A stretch of DNA of 16,463 bases from Azolla caroliniana. Its lineage: Eukaryota; Plantae; Polypodiophyta. The stretch is from NCBI GenBank assembly GCA_043228905.1, contig JBHGNT010000748.1:1-16463 (forward strand), in the 5' to 3' direction. Below are positions 1 to 10,233 of this stretch, piece after piece. Each line of letters opens with the position of its first letter. The stretch's first letter is position 1. The notes under the pieces were generated by a model that was not told where the DNA came from, did no database searches, and saw nothing but the letters and a program-made list of their open reading frames with translations. A program made the translations under genes and the position numbers.

Positions 1-395
1 CAATTTACTATACATCTTGTTCCCAAATTACATAACTAGTACTAATTCCCAAGTTACACAAACAATACTAACAATCAACAATGTACTACAAGTATAGTGT
101 CTACTAAACTAGTACTAGGCAAGTTGCAATATAGATTGGACGATGTTGTACCTGGTTCCCTTTTAGTACTAATTCTGGAAAATATCCCTTCAACTACACA
201 TACCAATTATATATTAAGAGTACTGCCAATACTAACCCACATAATTAGGGTTCCACATATTAGTTGTTAGAGATACACTAATACTAATCCATTGTTCTCC
301 TAAATTTGAAGTATGAGTTGTGGCATACACTAGTTCTAATCCAAATGTAAATTGACATCATATAATACAAACAATAGAATAGTAGAGCCACATAC

Positions 396-580
396 CGTAC
401 GAGTGTACTTTTAAACCCCAAGCATAGTACCACTCAGCCGCAATTGTAGTTTTACAGTCCATGCATGTATTCTCTTTCTCAAAATGATACTTAGCACATA
501 GCACATGATATGTGTGCAAGCACGGTGTAATCACAACATCCATAGCCTCCAGCTTGAATCCGAGGCCACAAAATATACAC
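396..580 (-). other. RING-H2 (C3H2C3) zinc-finger exon
   Basis: C-x2-C...C-x-H-x2-H-x2-C...C-x2-C spacing in ORF 358-600; bounded by acceptor GCCAG at 581-585 and donor GTATGT at 395-390. Confidence 0.8.
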
Positions 581-1572
581 CTGGCAGATTGCAAACACAA
601 GTTATAATATATTAGGTAATATGATATTTATACCACAGAAGTAGAAATAAATAACTTTTAAAGCCAATACCGTGATATAGCTATACTAGTAATGGTACTT
701 TCCATACCACTTGGGTGCTCAATTACAGATGGACACAAAGTTTCAAAACCTTTTTGTTTTAAATCCGGCATCAAGCACGCAAGGTTCTCGGAATGCAACT
801 TTAAAGCTGACAACTTATTATCTATTTTGGAATGTGCATTCCTGCAAGTATCAAGGTCTCTCATTTGTGAACCTAATTGAGTGCCCATATTGTTTAGCTC
901 TTTCTTCAACTCCTCTTTCAATCCCTCACTTTCTGAATTTTGGATTGTCGATGCAATCCATTCATATGTAGTCTTTAATGAAGAGAATTTCTTTTCTGCG
1001 TGTATCTCAGCTGATTTAATTGCTTCCAAATCAGCAAGTAGTGCTTGTATTCTTGAGCTCATAGATGCTATGCACTGGCCATCATCTATTCATTCTTTTC
1101 AGTCATTGTGGCCCGTACCTTTGCAGATTGAACTTGGTGAACAGGTGTTGTAGCCGGAATATCCACATGAGAGGTTCCCGATGACTTCAAGCCAGTGTTG
1201 GTGCTGGAGGACACTTTATAATGTTCTGACCGGTGCCGATTAAAATCTTCCCAATCTATGTCGATGCCACCCTGAACTTCACATGCAAATGCACGTGCAA
1301 AAACAGTACCCACCTCATTGTTACAGATTTGATTTGTATCATAAACATGTTCATATCTCGTCTTCAATAAGTTGACATATTCCCTCTTCAATCCACTTAT
1401 GTGGAATCCTTGCCTTGTATCGGGATATGCTGACCCCTAGGTTTTTATCAACCACTCTCTCAGCTCAGGATAAACTTCAGGTCGTGCTCAAAGGAAATAA
1501 CTCCATCTGAGAGGTGTGTCTCGAATGATGGAGTGGTACATCTTCTTTCTCTATGTTGATGAATTCATCACC

Positions 1573-1644
1573 CTTTCTCTTGTGGGTGTCTTCTTGCTTT
1601 CTCTTTTGGGTGTCTTCTTGCTTTCTCTGAGAGGTGTCCTTTTT
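1573..1644. repeat. 24-bp tandem repeat, about 3 copies, within the pseudogene coding frame
   Basis: CTTTCTCTTGTGGGTGTCTTCTTG / CTTTCTCTTTTGGGTGTCTTCTTG / CTTTCTCTGAGAGGTGTCCTTTTT; encodes RKQEDT-type 8-aa repeats on the minus strand. Confidence 0.85.
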
Positions 1645-1803
1645 CCTTCCTGCACTGGTGTCTTCACTTTCTCTTTCATCAATGTCTTCTCTATGGGTGT
1701 CCTTCTCGTCATTGTCCTAGTCATCGCTATTCTCGTTGAATGAATATGCATGTACTAGAATAAAACTCATCAAATTACCATCAACACATACCAAGTAATC
1801 ACA

Positions 1804-2210
1804 TTGCATGTAAAAGCCATGTCAAACACACAAAAACCCTAAATAGTCGGAAGAAAACTCATCCATGTCTAACACATACAAATTAAAAACAGACAGACAG
1901 GAAACACAAAGAAAACGAAAACATACCAACAAAACGAAAACATAGCAACTGATCATAGCAAACTCCATCTAAGTTGCATGTACAAACCATGTCAAACACA
2001 CAACCACCCTAAATAGTCGGAAGAAAACTCATCCATGTCAAACACATACAAATTAAAAACAGACAAACAGGAAACACAGAGAAAATGAAAACATACCAGT
2101 TGGGCATGCAACACATAGACTATGAATAATCAAAACCTAAAAAAGCCCATACACATACAAATTAAAAACAGACGGACAGGAAACATAGAGAAAACGATAA
2201 CATACCAGTT
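1804..2210. repeat. Local duplication: ~125-bp block at 1804-1928 and 1974-2098, with a partial third copy at 2151-2210
   Basis: CCCTAAATAGTCGGAAGAAAACTCATCCATGTC and ACACATACAAATTAAAAACAGAC...ACATACCA recur at a 170-bp offset. Confidence 0.85.
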
Positions 2211-2583
2211 AGAGGCAGATGGAGCCAAGGTCGAAGGCAGAGGTACCACACCTTCAGAGCACACCAAGCCTTCAAAATCACGTATATGCAAGAGGTTGTT
2301 GAGGAGGTTGCTGCAGAGGAGACAAACGAGCATTAACAGAGGAGACAAACGAGCATACACAAGGAAAGAAAATCAACAACAAGAACATCAATCCGGGGAA
2401 ACATAAATCTCTGCATATACAGAGACAGAAATCGAACCTAGCACAGAGGGGAACACAACAACAACTACGTGGGGAAACAGATAATCGAAGGTGGAGTGTG
2501 AGAGAGAAACAGAAAGAAAGAAAGAAACAGAGATTCAAAGGTGGAGTGAGAGAGTGAAAGAGAGAGATAGGTAATAGATAGGT

Positions 2584-2586
<3 letters not shown>

Positions 2587-2617
<31 letters not shown>
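2587..2617. repeat. (AG)15 microsatellite; CT tract on the minus strand, typical of a plant 5' UTR
   Basis: Direct reading; lies upstream of the minus-strand pseudogene. Confidence 0.95.
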
Positions 2618-2620
<3 letters not shown>

Positions 2621-3054
2621 AGAGAGACTGACGAACTATCACATTCCAAACCTTCTCTAGGTGTGCTTTCGTACAACTATACCTAGGAGAATGAAGTTAC
2701 AATTAATGTATTAAATACGGCCTTGGGACATTTCGAGTGTGACGTATATTATCTTTGTACATTCGAGTGTGACGTAATGAATTTGTTATTTGAAATTGAA
2801 CACCATTCAATGGATGATAATTATTTTATTTTCAATTTTTAATGTTTATTTTCTTCCTCGATTTAGTACTAAATTTTTGGCCAAAAGTTGGTACACCGTA
2901 GCATGCTTCGACCCAAAAACCCTTGAAATTATTAAATCTTAAAAACGAGAGTGTGTTAGAATAATCCTCTGATTCTTGTTCATGCTTTCGCAATATATAA
3001 ATATTATTTATTTCTAATCAATGAGTGCAATATTTGAAAGTGGAAAAGATGTGA

Positions 3055-3126
3055 TCTATTGTAGTCTAGTTGGTTAGGATACTCGGCTCTCGCCCGAGAG
3101 ACTTTAGTTCAACTCCCGCAATGAAA
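3055..3126 (+). pseudogene. tRNA-Glu(CTC) pseudogene, copy A1
   Basis: Matches plant cytosolic tRNA-Glu, but the T-stem is broken (CTTTAG in place of CCCGGG, 1-nt deletion) and the acceptor 3' strand is mutated. Confidence 0.85.
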
Positions 3127-3595
3127 AAGACAATATCATATATCAAATTTTGCAACGCATGTCATGTGTTAACTGTTTGATCCGTCAAAAATTCAAGATC
3201 TAAAGTAGTTGTTACAATAATGTACAATTAACAAAATAATCAATATTATGTTTGAAGGATTGATGACGAACTTTACTTTTATTTTTTTGTCCTAACATCA
3301 ATTTCTAAAGTTAATTCCATTATTCGATTAATGGTAGAGGTTCCAAATGAAATTTGAGAAAACATTATGTTGTTCGGTACAAGAAGAAGTAGTATATTTA
3401 GTCGTGGTTATTCCTCAACATTGTTATGATAAATTAGTACACCAACAATTATAGTTTGGATAACTTGATACAATTTCAAACAATACGCATAGATTGCAGA
3501 ATAATGGTCAACTGTCGATAAGCATTGCACCATCTTTCTTTATTTGTAGCAAAGGACTAGAATATTACATTAACTAATTTATTTACTAAATGAAT

Positions 3596-3637
3596 TCCAT
3601 TGTAGTCTAGTTGGTTTGGATCCTTGCTTTTTACCCA
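3596..3637 (+). pseudogene. tRNA-Glu-derived B1 pseudogene, 5' half (split by the gypsy insertion)
   Basis: TCCATTGTAGTCTAGTTGGTTTGGATCCTTGCTTTTTACCCA aligns to uninterrupted B3 (11746-11818); the sequence resumes at 10234. Confidence 0.9.
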
Positions 3638-4095
3638 TGTTACAGGGATGACCATATAATATCCCGTGGTGAGAATTTACCATAGTATTCTATACACGTG
3701 GATAAGTGTGAGGGTTAAACGAGAGTGCAAAGAAGTGGAGGATTACTTTTAAATCCTCGGGATTGAAACAACCCATTGGGCCAAGGGTGAACATGGCTGG
3801 GGGCCTTGGGTATCGCTATAAATAAGAGGCCTAACTACCCTCATTTGAGAATCTTGTTGACTACGTCGAGACTCTATCTTGTGGTGGGTCAACTCTTGTA
3901 GTGAGCGCGCCAACACTAGGTACGACTCGACACCACGACGGTGGTATGGGACGCCGATCGAGGCTCAAGTCTGTCTCGATCCCTTCGCTCGGTGGTGGTC
4001 AGGTGGATCGGCACCCTTCTTTCTCTCTCTTCTTTCTATCTAGTTATCTTTATACTATCCTTATCTAATGCTTACATTAGTCTATGTCTCTAATA
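3638..4095 (+). repeat. Gypsy 5' LTR
   Basis: TGTTACAGG...CTCTAATA; TATAAATA at 3817-3824; about 31 differences from the 3' LTR by manual count (~93% identity). Confidence 0.95.
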
Positions 4096-4097
4096 GT

Positions 4098-4109
4098 TGG
4101 TATCCGAGC
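4098..4109 (+). promoter_or_regulatory. Primer-binding site, tRNA-iMet type
   Basis: TGGTATCCGAGC, 11/12 match to the canonical TGGTATCAGAGC, 2 nt after the LTR. Confidence 0.85.
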
Positions 4110-4317
4110 TCATTTTCTAATGTTTCGTTTTCTAATGTACGTACGTTCGGCCTTAATGCATACAAGGATCAACAAAGGAACTTCGGTAATCTTTTTTTGT
4201 TTTTTCTATTCTTTCTTCTCCCAATTTAATCATGTGTATGGTTAGTATGTAATTTTTTTTAATAGATTCAATGATATTGTAGTGGTAATTACTTGGTTAT
4301 ATAAAACGTTTACATAT

Positions 4318-4567
4318 GTTTACGAGGTCAATACCTCATTTGACGTATATTGAATATGTGATGAGTGTCGTAAGCGCACGAGGTTAATACCTCAATTGCA
4401 TACTACATTCACAAACATATGTTACGTTTGCGTATGAGGTCAATACCTCGATTCGTTGTAAATGATATGTCTTTGGTTTCATATGCATAAGAGGTCAATT
4501 GCGTATTACGATTAACCCTTATTTTTGGATGTCTCTTGTGCGTAGAGGTATATGCCTCGATTACGTA
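4318..4567 (+). repeat. Five regularly spaced palindromic repeats (core GAGGT-CAAT-ACCTC) separated by dissimilar spacers
   Basis: Cores start at 4324, 4380, 4436, 4491 (truncated) and 4545; periods 56, 56, 55, 54. Confidence 0.8.
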
Positions 4568-4900
4568 TCTCGATTACGTCATTTTTGGCTATTAAATATA
4601 ACGATTTCTTTAATATAGGCATATGTGGTCATGTGTATACATAGTTGATCGTATATATGTGATAATATACATATGTGTATATAAGTTATTACGTGATTTT
4701 AAATCGAATGTTTTCCTTTTCGGGGAAAGGATCTTGGTGGCCGTCCTCACATTTTTGTGAGAATAGCATTGTCAACATCCCTTTTTTTAACAATTTTTTA
4801 TTTTTGAAATCCCCATTGGTGACTTTGATATTTTGTTACGTAAAGAAACGCTTATAGCCATAATGATGTTGAGTACATAGGGCTTGACCCACTTCATGTA

Positions 4901-5359
4901 AGGTCGCTCCTATGACACACGTATCCAACATCCCTCCCTCATTACATGGATACGATGCCACCATGAGATCATTCTCATGAGAGGCATTCGTAATGACGTG
5001 ACCACGTGATGGGCCACGTGGGCCTACTACGAAAAGAGGGCTCATTTGGCTTGAGGTCGCTCCTATGACACACGTATCCAACATCCCTCTCTCATTACAT
5101 GGATACGATGCCACCATGAGCTCATTCTTACGAGAGGCATTCGTAATGACGTGACCACGTGGTGGGCCACGTGGGCCTACTACGAAAAGAGAGCTCATTT
5201 GGCTTGAGGTCGCTCCTATGACACACGTATCCAACATCCCTCTCTCATTACATGGATACGATGCCACCATGAGCTCATTCTTACGAGAGGCATTCGTAAT
5301 GACGTGACCATGTGATGGGCCACGTGGGCCTACTGCGAAAAGAGGGCTCATTTGGCTTG
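4901..5359 (+). repeat. 3 x 153-bp tandem repeat in the gypsy leader
   Basis: Units start AGGTCGCTCCTATGACAC at 4901, 5054 and 5207, near-identical; contain CACGTG, TGACGTG and TGGGCC. Confidence 0.97.
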
Positions 5360-5750
5360 ACCATTAGGTTGCACTTTGGCGTATGCCATCGTAATTACGA
5401 GACTTGAGGTTAGGTAACGTACCAACATAGTTGTAGTAAATGAGGGCGAAATAAGGACTCTTGACATATATGTTTCTTTTAAAAGAAACATATATGGGCA
5501 AATGCCTTGCATATCTCTTATACACATGAAACATTAAACATTCAAAGAAGAGCAATCTACTTGGTTGGCTCAAGTGTTTAATGCATTTGTTCTTGAGGTC
5601 TCGAGTTCAAATATGACCAAGACCATACAACATCGTTGATACATATGACTATAACACATGTTTAGACTTGAGGTCTAAGTGCGCTTCGGCAATCTCAAAG
5701 TGCTATCGAGGCACGTGTCATTAGTCTACAACGTGAGACTAATAGACCTG

Positions 5751-6515
5751 ATGAGCGACAGGGTGAACCATCGTTTGTCGTTAAGCTATTTACGAGAGAC
5801 AAAGAGAAAAGAACCGAAGAAGCAATCTGCACGTGGTTGGGCCGATGGGAGACTCATTTTGGGCTTTATCCCACGCCAGATAGTACGAAGATTGCATATG
5901 TCCGCCGAGATCTAGGGGGTAAGGCTGCCACCTGGTGGCATGGGCTCCGTACTTTGGGGAAATTCCCGATACCTAGACAGATTTTGTCACAGTTTTCAAG
6001 GGCCAGTTTTTGCAACCTCCCTCTCGAACCGAGGCAGCTCAAGCTTTAATGAACCTCTCTAGCAGGAAGTTTTCCTCGCTAGAAGACTATGTCCACCATG
6101 CTAGAACCCAAATCCAAAATCGGGTCTAGAAGGGAACAACTGGTTAATAGCTTGTTTTGTCAATGGCATCCCCAATTCGAACTGTCACTGGATAGTGCAC
6201 GATAAGGATCCAAAATCCTTCGAAGAGGCCGTTGAAATAGTTCTTCGCTATCAACGCACTTCGAAGAAGGACCACAACAAATCCAACGAAGCGTCCGGGA
6301 CTAAGCAGTTGCAATTCATTGGGAAACGCAAGACACCCAACGAATTCATGGATCGCAATTGTAAGCGACAACATCCTTTTTGCGTATTCTACAAAAAGAA
6401 GGGTCATACAAAAGAGCAATGTTGAAAGCTCCAACTGAAAGAGCACGACAACAAAACTAAAGTTGCAGACCATAAAGGTCAGATTCCTAATGTCCTTCAG
6501 GTCTATACACATCAT
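5751..6515 (+). pseudogene. gag: Gypsy gag (frameshifted), with degenerate CCHC knuckle
   Basis: WLGRWE...LGGKAATWW capsid-like motif; CVFYKKKGHTKEQC (second Cys is Tyr) near 6381-6422; start is approximate. Confidence 0.75.
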
Positions 6516-9500
6516 TTAAGTAATTGTCAATGTTCTTTCCCTCACTATGTATTGGGTCCCAATGATTTACTACGTGCAAACGGGTATATCAATGGATCTC
6601 CCGTACAATTTTTGTTTGATTCGGGAAGCTCACACAACTTTGTGAATGATCGTTTGGTTTAGATATGGGGAATCCAACCCACTGTAAGTGATCACACCTA
6701 TATTGTGCACTTGGTTGATTGAAGAGTATAATCCATCAATGGGGCGATTCATTCATTAGGAATTTCTATTGATACTTATACAGAGGAAGTAGACTTCCAT
6801 GTAATGAATGTTTGTACCACTAATGTAATATTGGGTTATCCCTGGTTCTATAATAAAAGCTCTTCTTTATCTATTGATTGGGTTCATCATTCAATAACTT
6901 TTGTACTTAACGATTGTACTCATTTTATTCAATGTGTCAAAAAACAAACCCTCTCGATTGTTTCCTCGTGTCCATCAATATCCGAGTTGTCTCGTTCTAC
7001 TCTATTTTATTGTGTACTTGATCCGGACCTTCACATTTACAATATCGATAATGTCTCGGTTCAATTAACATATTTTGAACAATAACTTGATGAAATCTTA
7101 AATGATTTTCGTGATCTTTTCCCGAGTGAACTACCAGATGGCTTACCTCCTAAATGTAATATAGACCATCGTATAGATATTGTACCTGGTGTTGCACCAA
7201 TAAGTATACCTCCTTATCGCTTAAGTCGATTCGTAGAGGATAAGGTATCTAAGCAACTCAAGGACTATTTACGAATGGGTTATATACGTTATAGTAAATC
7301 TCCATGGGGTGCACCAGTTCTCTTGGTTAAAAAGAAAGAGGGCACATGGGGTATGTGTATTAATTACCGACGCTTGAATAAAGTAACGATCAAGAATTCG
7401 TATCCATTGCCCTGGGTTGATGATCTAATTGACCGTCTCCAGGGAGCTTGGTATTTTACGAAACTTGATCTCCGTACAGGCTACCATCAAATTCGTATAA
7501 GTGAGGACGATGTTCCTAAAATGGCATTTCGTACGTGCTATGGCCATTATGAGTTTTTGGTTATGCCTTTTGGTTTGACCAAAGCTCCGGCTACATTTCA
7601 ACAAGAAATGAATGACATTTTCCGAGAACAACTTGGAAAATTTGTCGTTATTTTCTTGGATGATATTTTAGTTTATAGCCGTACATTACAAGAACATGCT
7701 AAATATGTCCGCTTTGATTTACAAACATTGCGTGACAAACAGTTTTATGCGAAGGTCTCCAAATGTGAGTTCTTCAAGAAATCAATTACTTATCTTGGAC
7801 ATCTCATAACCGAACGAGGAGTTGAAATTGATCCTTCTCGCATCGAGAAAATCAAGCTTTGGCCCACTCTTCGGAATATTCGAGAAGTTTGATCATTCCT
7901 TGGTTTTGTCAGGTTTTTGCGAAAATCTCTTCGTAATTACTCCCAATTGACGATGTCGTTTACTGAACTTCTAAAAGGTCAAACGCGTAAGTCTACAAAA
8001 CCTATTGTGTGCAATGCTACACTAGACCTCGCCTTTAAGGAACTCAAGGACCTGGTATGCAAGGCTCCTTCACTTCTTTTACCCGATCCTTCAAAACCTT
8101 TTGAGGTTGAAACCCATGCAAGCAATTATGTTATAGGTGTTGTCTTATATCAAGATGGTAAACCAATAGCATTCGAGAGTAAGAAACTTGATTCTGCTCA
8201 ATGTCAGTATACCGTTCAAGAAAAGGAATTATTTGCAGCTATACATGCGCTCAAAACATAGTGCCATTATCTACTTTGTGGTAACTACGGACCACGAGTC
8301 CTTGAAATATTTTTGTGACCAACAAGACCTGAAAGGTCGTAAGGCACGATGGGTTGATCCCATCCAGGACTTTGATTTTTCCATACGATATCGTAAAGGT
8401 TCCATGAATATTGTTGTTGATGCACTAAGTCGCATCCGTGAAGTTAACATGCTTAGCTTCACTGAAATAACATTAGATCTTTATGATCACCTTCAAGGAA
8501 AGTATCCTTTGAGTCTGGAACAAACACCATCACATCCTCGAAGGAATACTTCCACATTGCTAACGGTCTGCTCTACTATAATGGGAAGGTTTGTGTTCCA
8601 GATTTACCCGAGGTCAAAAAGAGGCTTCTTTTTTAATGCCATGATGCACCCTCAGCAGAGCACCCTGGAATACATCACACACTCGTTCTCATCTCCACTC
8701 AATTCTATTGGCCTAAGATGCACCCTGACATACATAGCTATGTCACTAAATGTCACCAATGTCAGGTTAACAAAGCCGAGCAACTTAAAGCCGCAGGACT
8801 TTTACATCCCTTGGACATTCCCAATAATAAGTGGTAAAGTATATCCATGGATTTTATTGTTAGCCTTCCTCGTACCTAGAAAAGCCATGATGCCATCTGG
8901 GTTGTGGTTGATAGACTAACTAAAATGGCCAGATTTATTGCTACTAAAACAACGATAATAGCTCCTGAATTGGCTTACCAATTCATTGACGAGTTATTTT
9001 ATTTTTATGGGTTACCAATGGATATCGTGAGTGATCGAGATCCAAAGTTTACTAGTGACTTCTGGACACAAGTCTTTAAGAAGTTAGAAACTACGTTGAG
9101 AATGAGCTCCACGGATCATCCTCAATCCGATGGACAGACAGAACGAGTAAATCAAATTATTGAGGACAAGCTTCGAGCATATGTTGGTGCAAAACCAACA
9201 AAATGGGAACATTATCTCCCAATTTTGGAGTTTGCTTATAACAGCTCGAAGCATACGTCGACGGGATATAGTCGTTTTATGTTGACGTATGGTTTTCAGC
9301 CACGAGCCCTGATTGATGTTAATATACATCATGATGAGTTGCGAAGTACGCAAAACTTTCTTCGGGATATGAAAAATATGTTGCATATTGCACGAGATAA
9401 TATAAAAATAGCTCAAGATAGAGCGCGTTTTTATGCCGATCATAATAGGCAACCTCAAACGCATGGGGTCATCGGCCTATCGTCTCGCTCTTCCCAAAGG

Positions 9501-9760
9501 TGTTGAAATTCATCCAGTCTTTCATGTGAGTCTTCTAAAAGAACTTATAGGTTCTGGCGACAACAGTTACAACTAAAACTCTGGTTACTTCTAAAGATAT
9601 ATCTTCTAAACCACATGTACCAGAAAGAATTCTCGATGTTAAAACCCAAAAAATTACGTACTAAAGAAATCCGAGAATTGAAAATAAAATGGATGGATAA
9701 ATCAATAAAAGATGCCATATGGGAACGCGAAAGTACTATTAGAGGGGGAGTGCCATGTTT
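6516..9760 (+). pseudogene. pol: Gypsy pol: protease, RT, RNase H, integrase, chromodomain; multiple stops, frameshifts and deletions
   Basis: PR LFDSGSSHNF (D at 6618). [35 protein letters not shown] (7653-7664). RH ETHAS, QEKELFA, TDHESL, DALSR. IN HHCC about 8640-8762, SMDF, VDRLTK, SDRDPKF, HPQSDGQTERVN, HPVFHVSLLK. Confidence 0.95.
9617..9740 (+). other. Integrase C-terminal chromodomain (frameshifted)
   Basis: VPERILDVKT / KKLRTKEIRELKIKWMDKSIKDAIWERESTI fits the chromovirus pattern E.IL...IKW......D.TWE.E. Confidence 0.8.
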
Positions 9761-9761
9761 T

Positions 9762-9773
9762 AAAGAGGGGGAG
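9762..9773 (+). promoter_or_regulatory. Gypsy polypurine tract
   Basis: AAAGAGGGGGAG, 2 nt before the 3' LTR; a second AGAGGGGGAG at 9741-9750. Confidence 0.9.
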
Positions 9774-9775
9774 TA

Positions 9776-10233
9776 TGTTACAGGCATGACCATATAATAT
9801 CCCGTGGTGAGAATTTACCGTAGTATTCTATACACGTGGATAAGTGTGAGGGTTAAACGAGAGTGTCAAGAAGGGGAGGATTACTTTTAAATACTCGGGA
9901 TTGAGACAACCCATTGGGCCAAGTGTGAATATGGCTGGGGGCCTTGGGTATCGCTATAAATAAGAGGCCTAGCTACCCTCATTTGAGAATCTTGTTGACT
10001 ACATCAAGACATTGTCTTGTGGTGGGTCAACTCTTGTAGCGAGTGCGCCAACACCAGGTACGACTCGACGCCACGGCGGTGGTATGAGACACCGATCGAG
10101 GCTCGAGTCCGTCTCGATCCCTTCGCTCGGGGGTGGTCGGGTGGATCGGCACCCTTCTTTCTCTCTCTCCTTTCTATCTATTTATCTTTTTTCTATCTTT
10201 ATCTAATGCTTACATTAGTCTATGTCTCTAATA
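9776..10233 (+). repeat. Gypsy 3' LTR
   Basis: Colinear with 3638-4095 at offset 6138; TATAAATA at 9955-9962. Confidence 0.95.

Larger units (their letters stand above)
396..1754 (-). pseudogene. Decayed spliced gene: acidic/charged repeat region, unknown globular domain, coiled coil, C-terminal RING-H2 zinc finger
   Basis: One frame runs from acceptor TTCTAG|1754 through NENSDD*DNDEKD...ELFPLSTT*SLS*AEREWLIKT*GSAYPDTRQGFHISGLKREYV into ORF 1086-1391. A ~1-nt frameshift near 1088 leads into coiled-coil ORF 658-1062. A phase-2 GT..AG intron at 581-670 joins ..AISR to CIFC. RING-H2 pattern CIFC...CLHTYHVLC...CMDC; donor G|GTATGT at 395. Candidate extra exons: 2206-2310 and 152-193. Confidence 0.7.
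3638..10233 (+). mobile_element. Ty3/gypsy LTR retrotransposon (chromovirus), full length, decayed
   Basis: Two 458-bp LTRs, PBS, PPT, 5-bp TSD (ACCCA 3633-3637 / ACCCG 10234-10238); domain order gag-PR-RT-RH-IN-chromodomain. Confidence 0.97.

Noticed and set aside
2122-2676. ORFs 2122-2406 and 2278-2676
   Set aside because: Low-complexity products of GA/CT tracts and intronic repeats
3055-3600. tRNA-derived SINE
   Set aside because: Units are head-to-tail with no poly(A) tail or TSDs
4318-4567. True CRISPR array
   Set aside because: Repeats are degenerate, there are no cas genes, and it sits inside a eukaryotic LTR element; kept only as a hairpin array
4836-5351. 171-aa minus-strand ORF as a real gene
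   Set aside because: Explained by a stop-free 153-bp unit repeated three times; no recognisable domain
5748-5790. Hammerhead ribozyme (CTGATGA followed by stem GCGACA/TGTCGT)
   Set aside because: The stem is followed by TAAG rather than GAAA, and I see no stems I/III; it overlaps the gag start
7653-7664. FLDD instead of YxDD as an inactivating or novel change
   Set aside because: FxDD is common in plant chromovirus RTs
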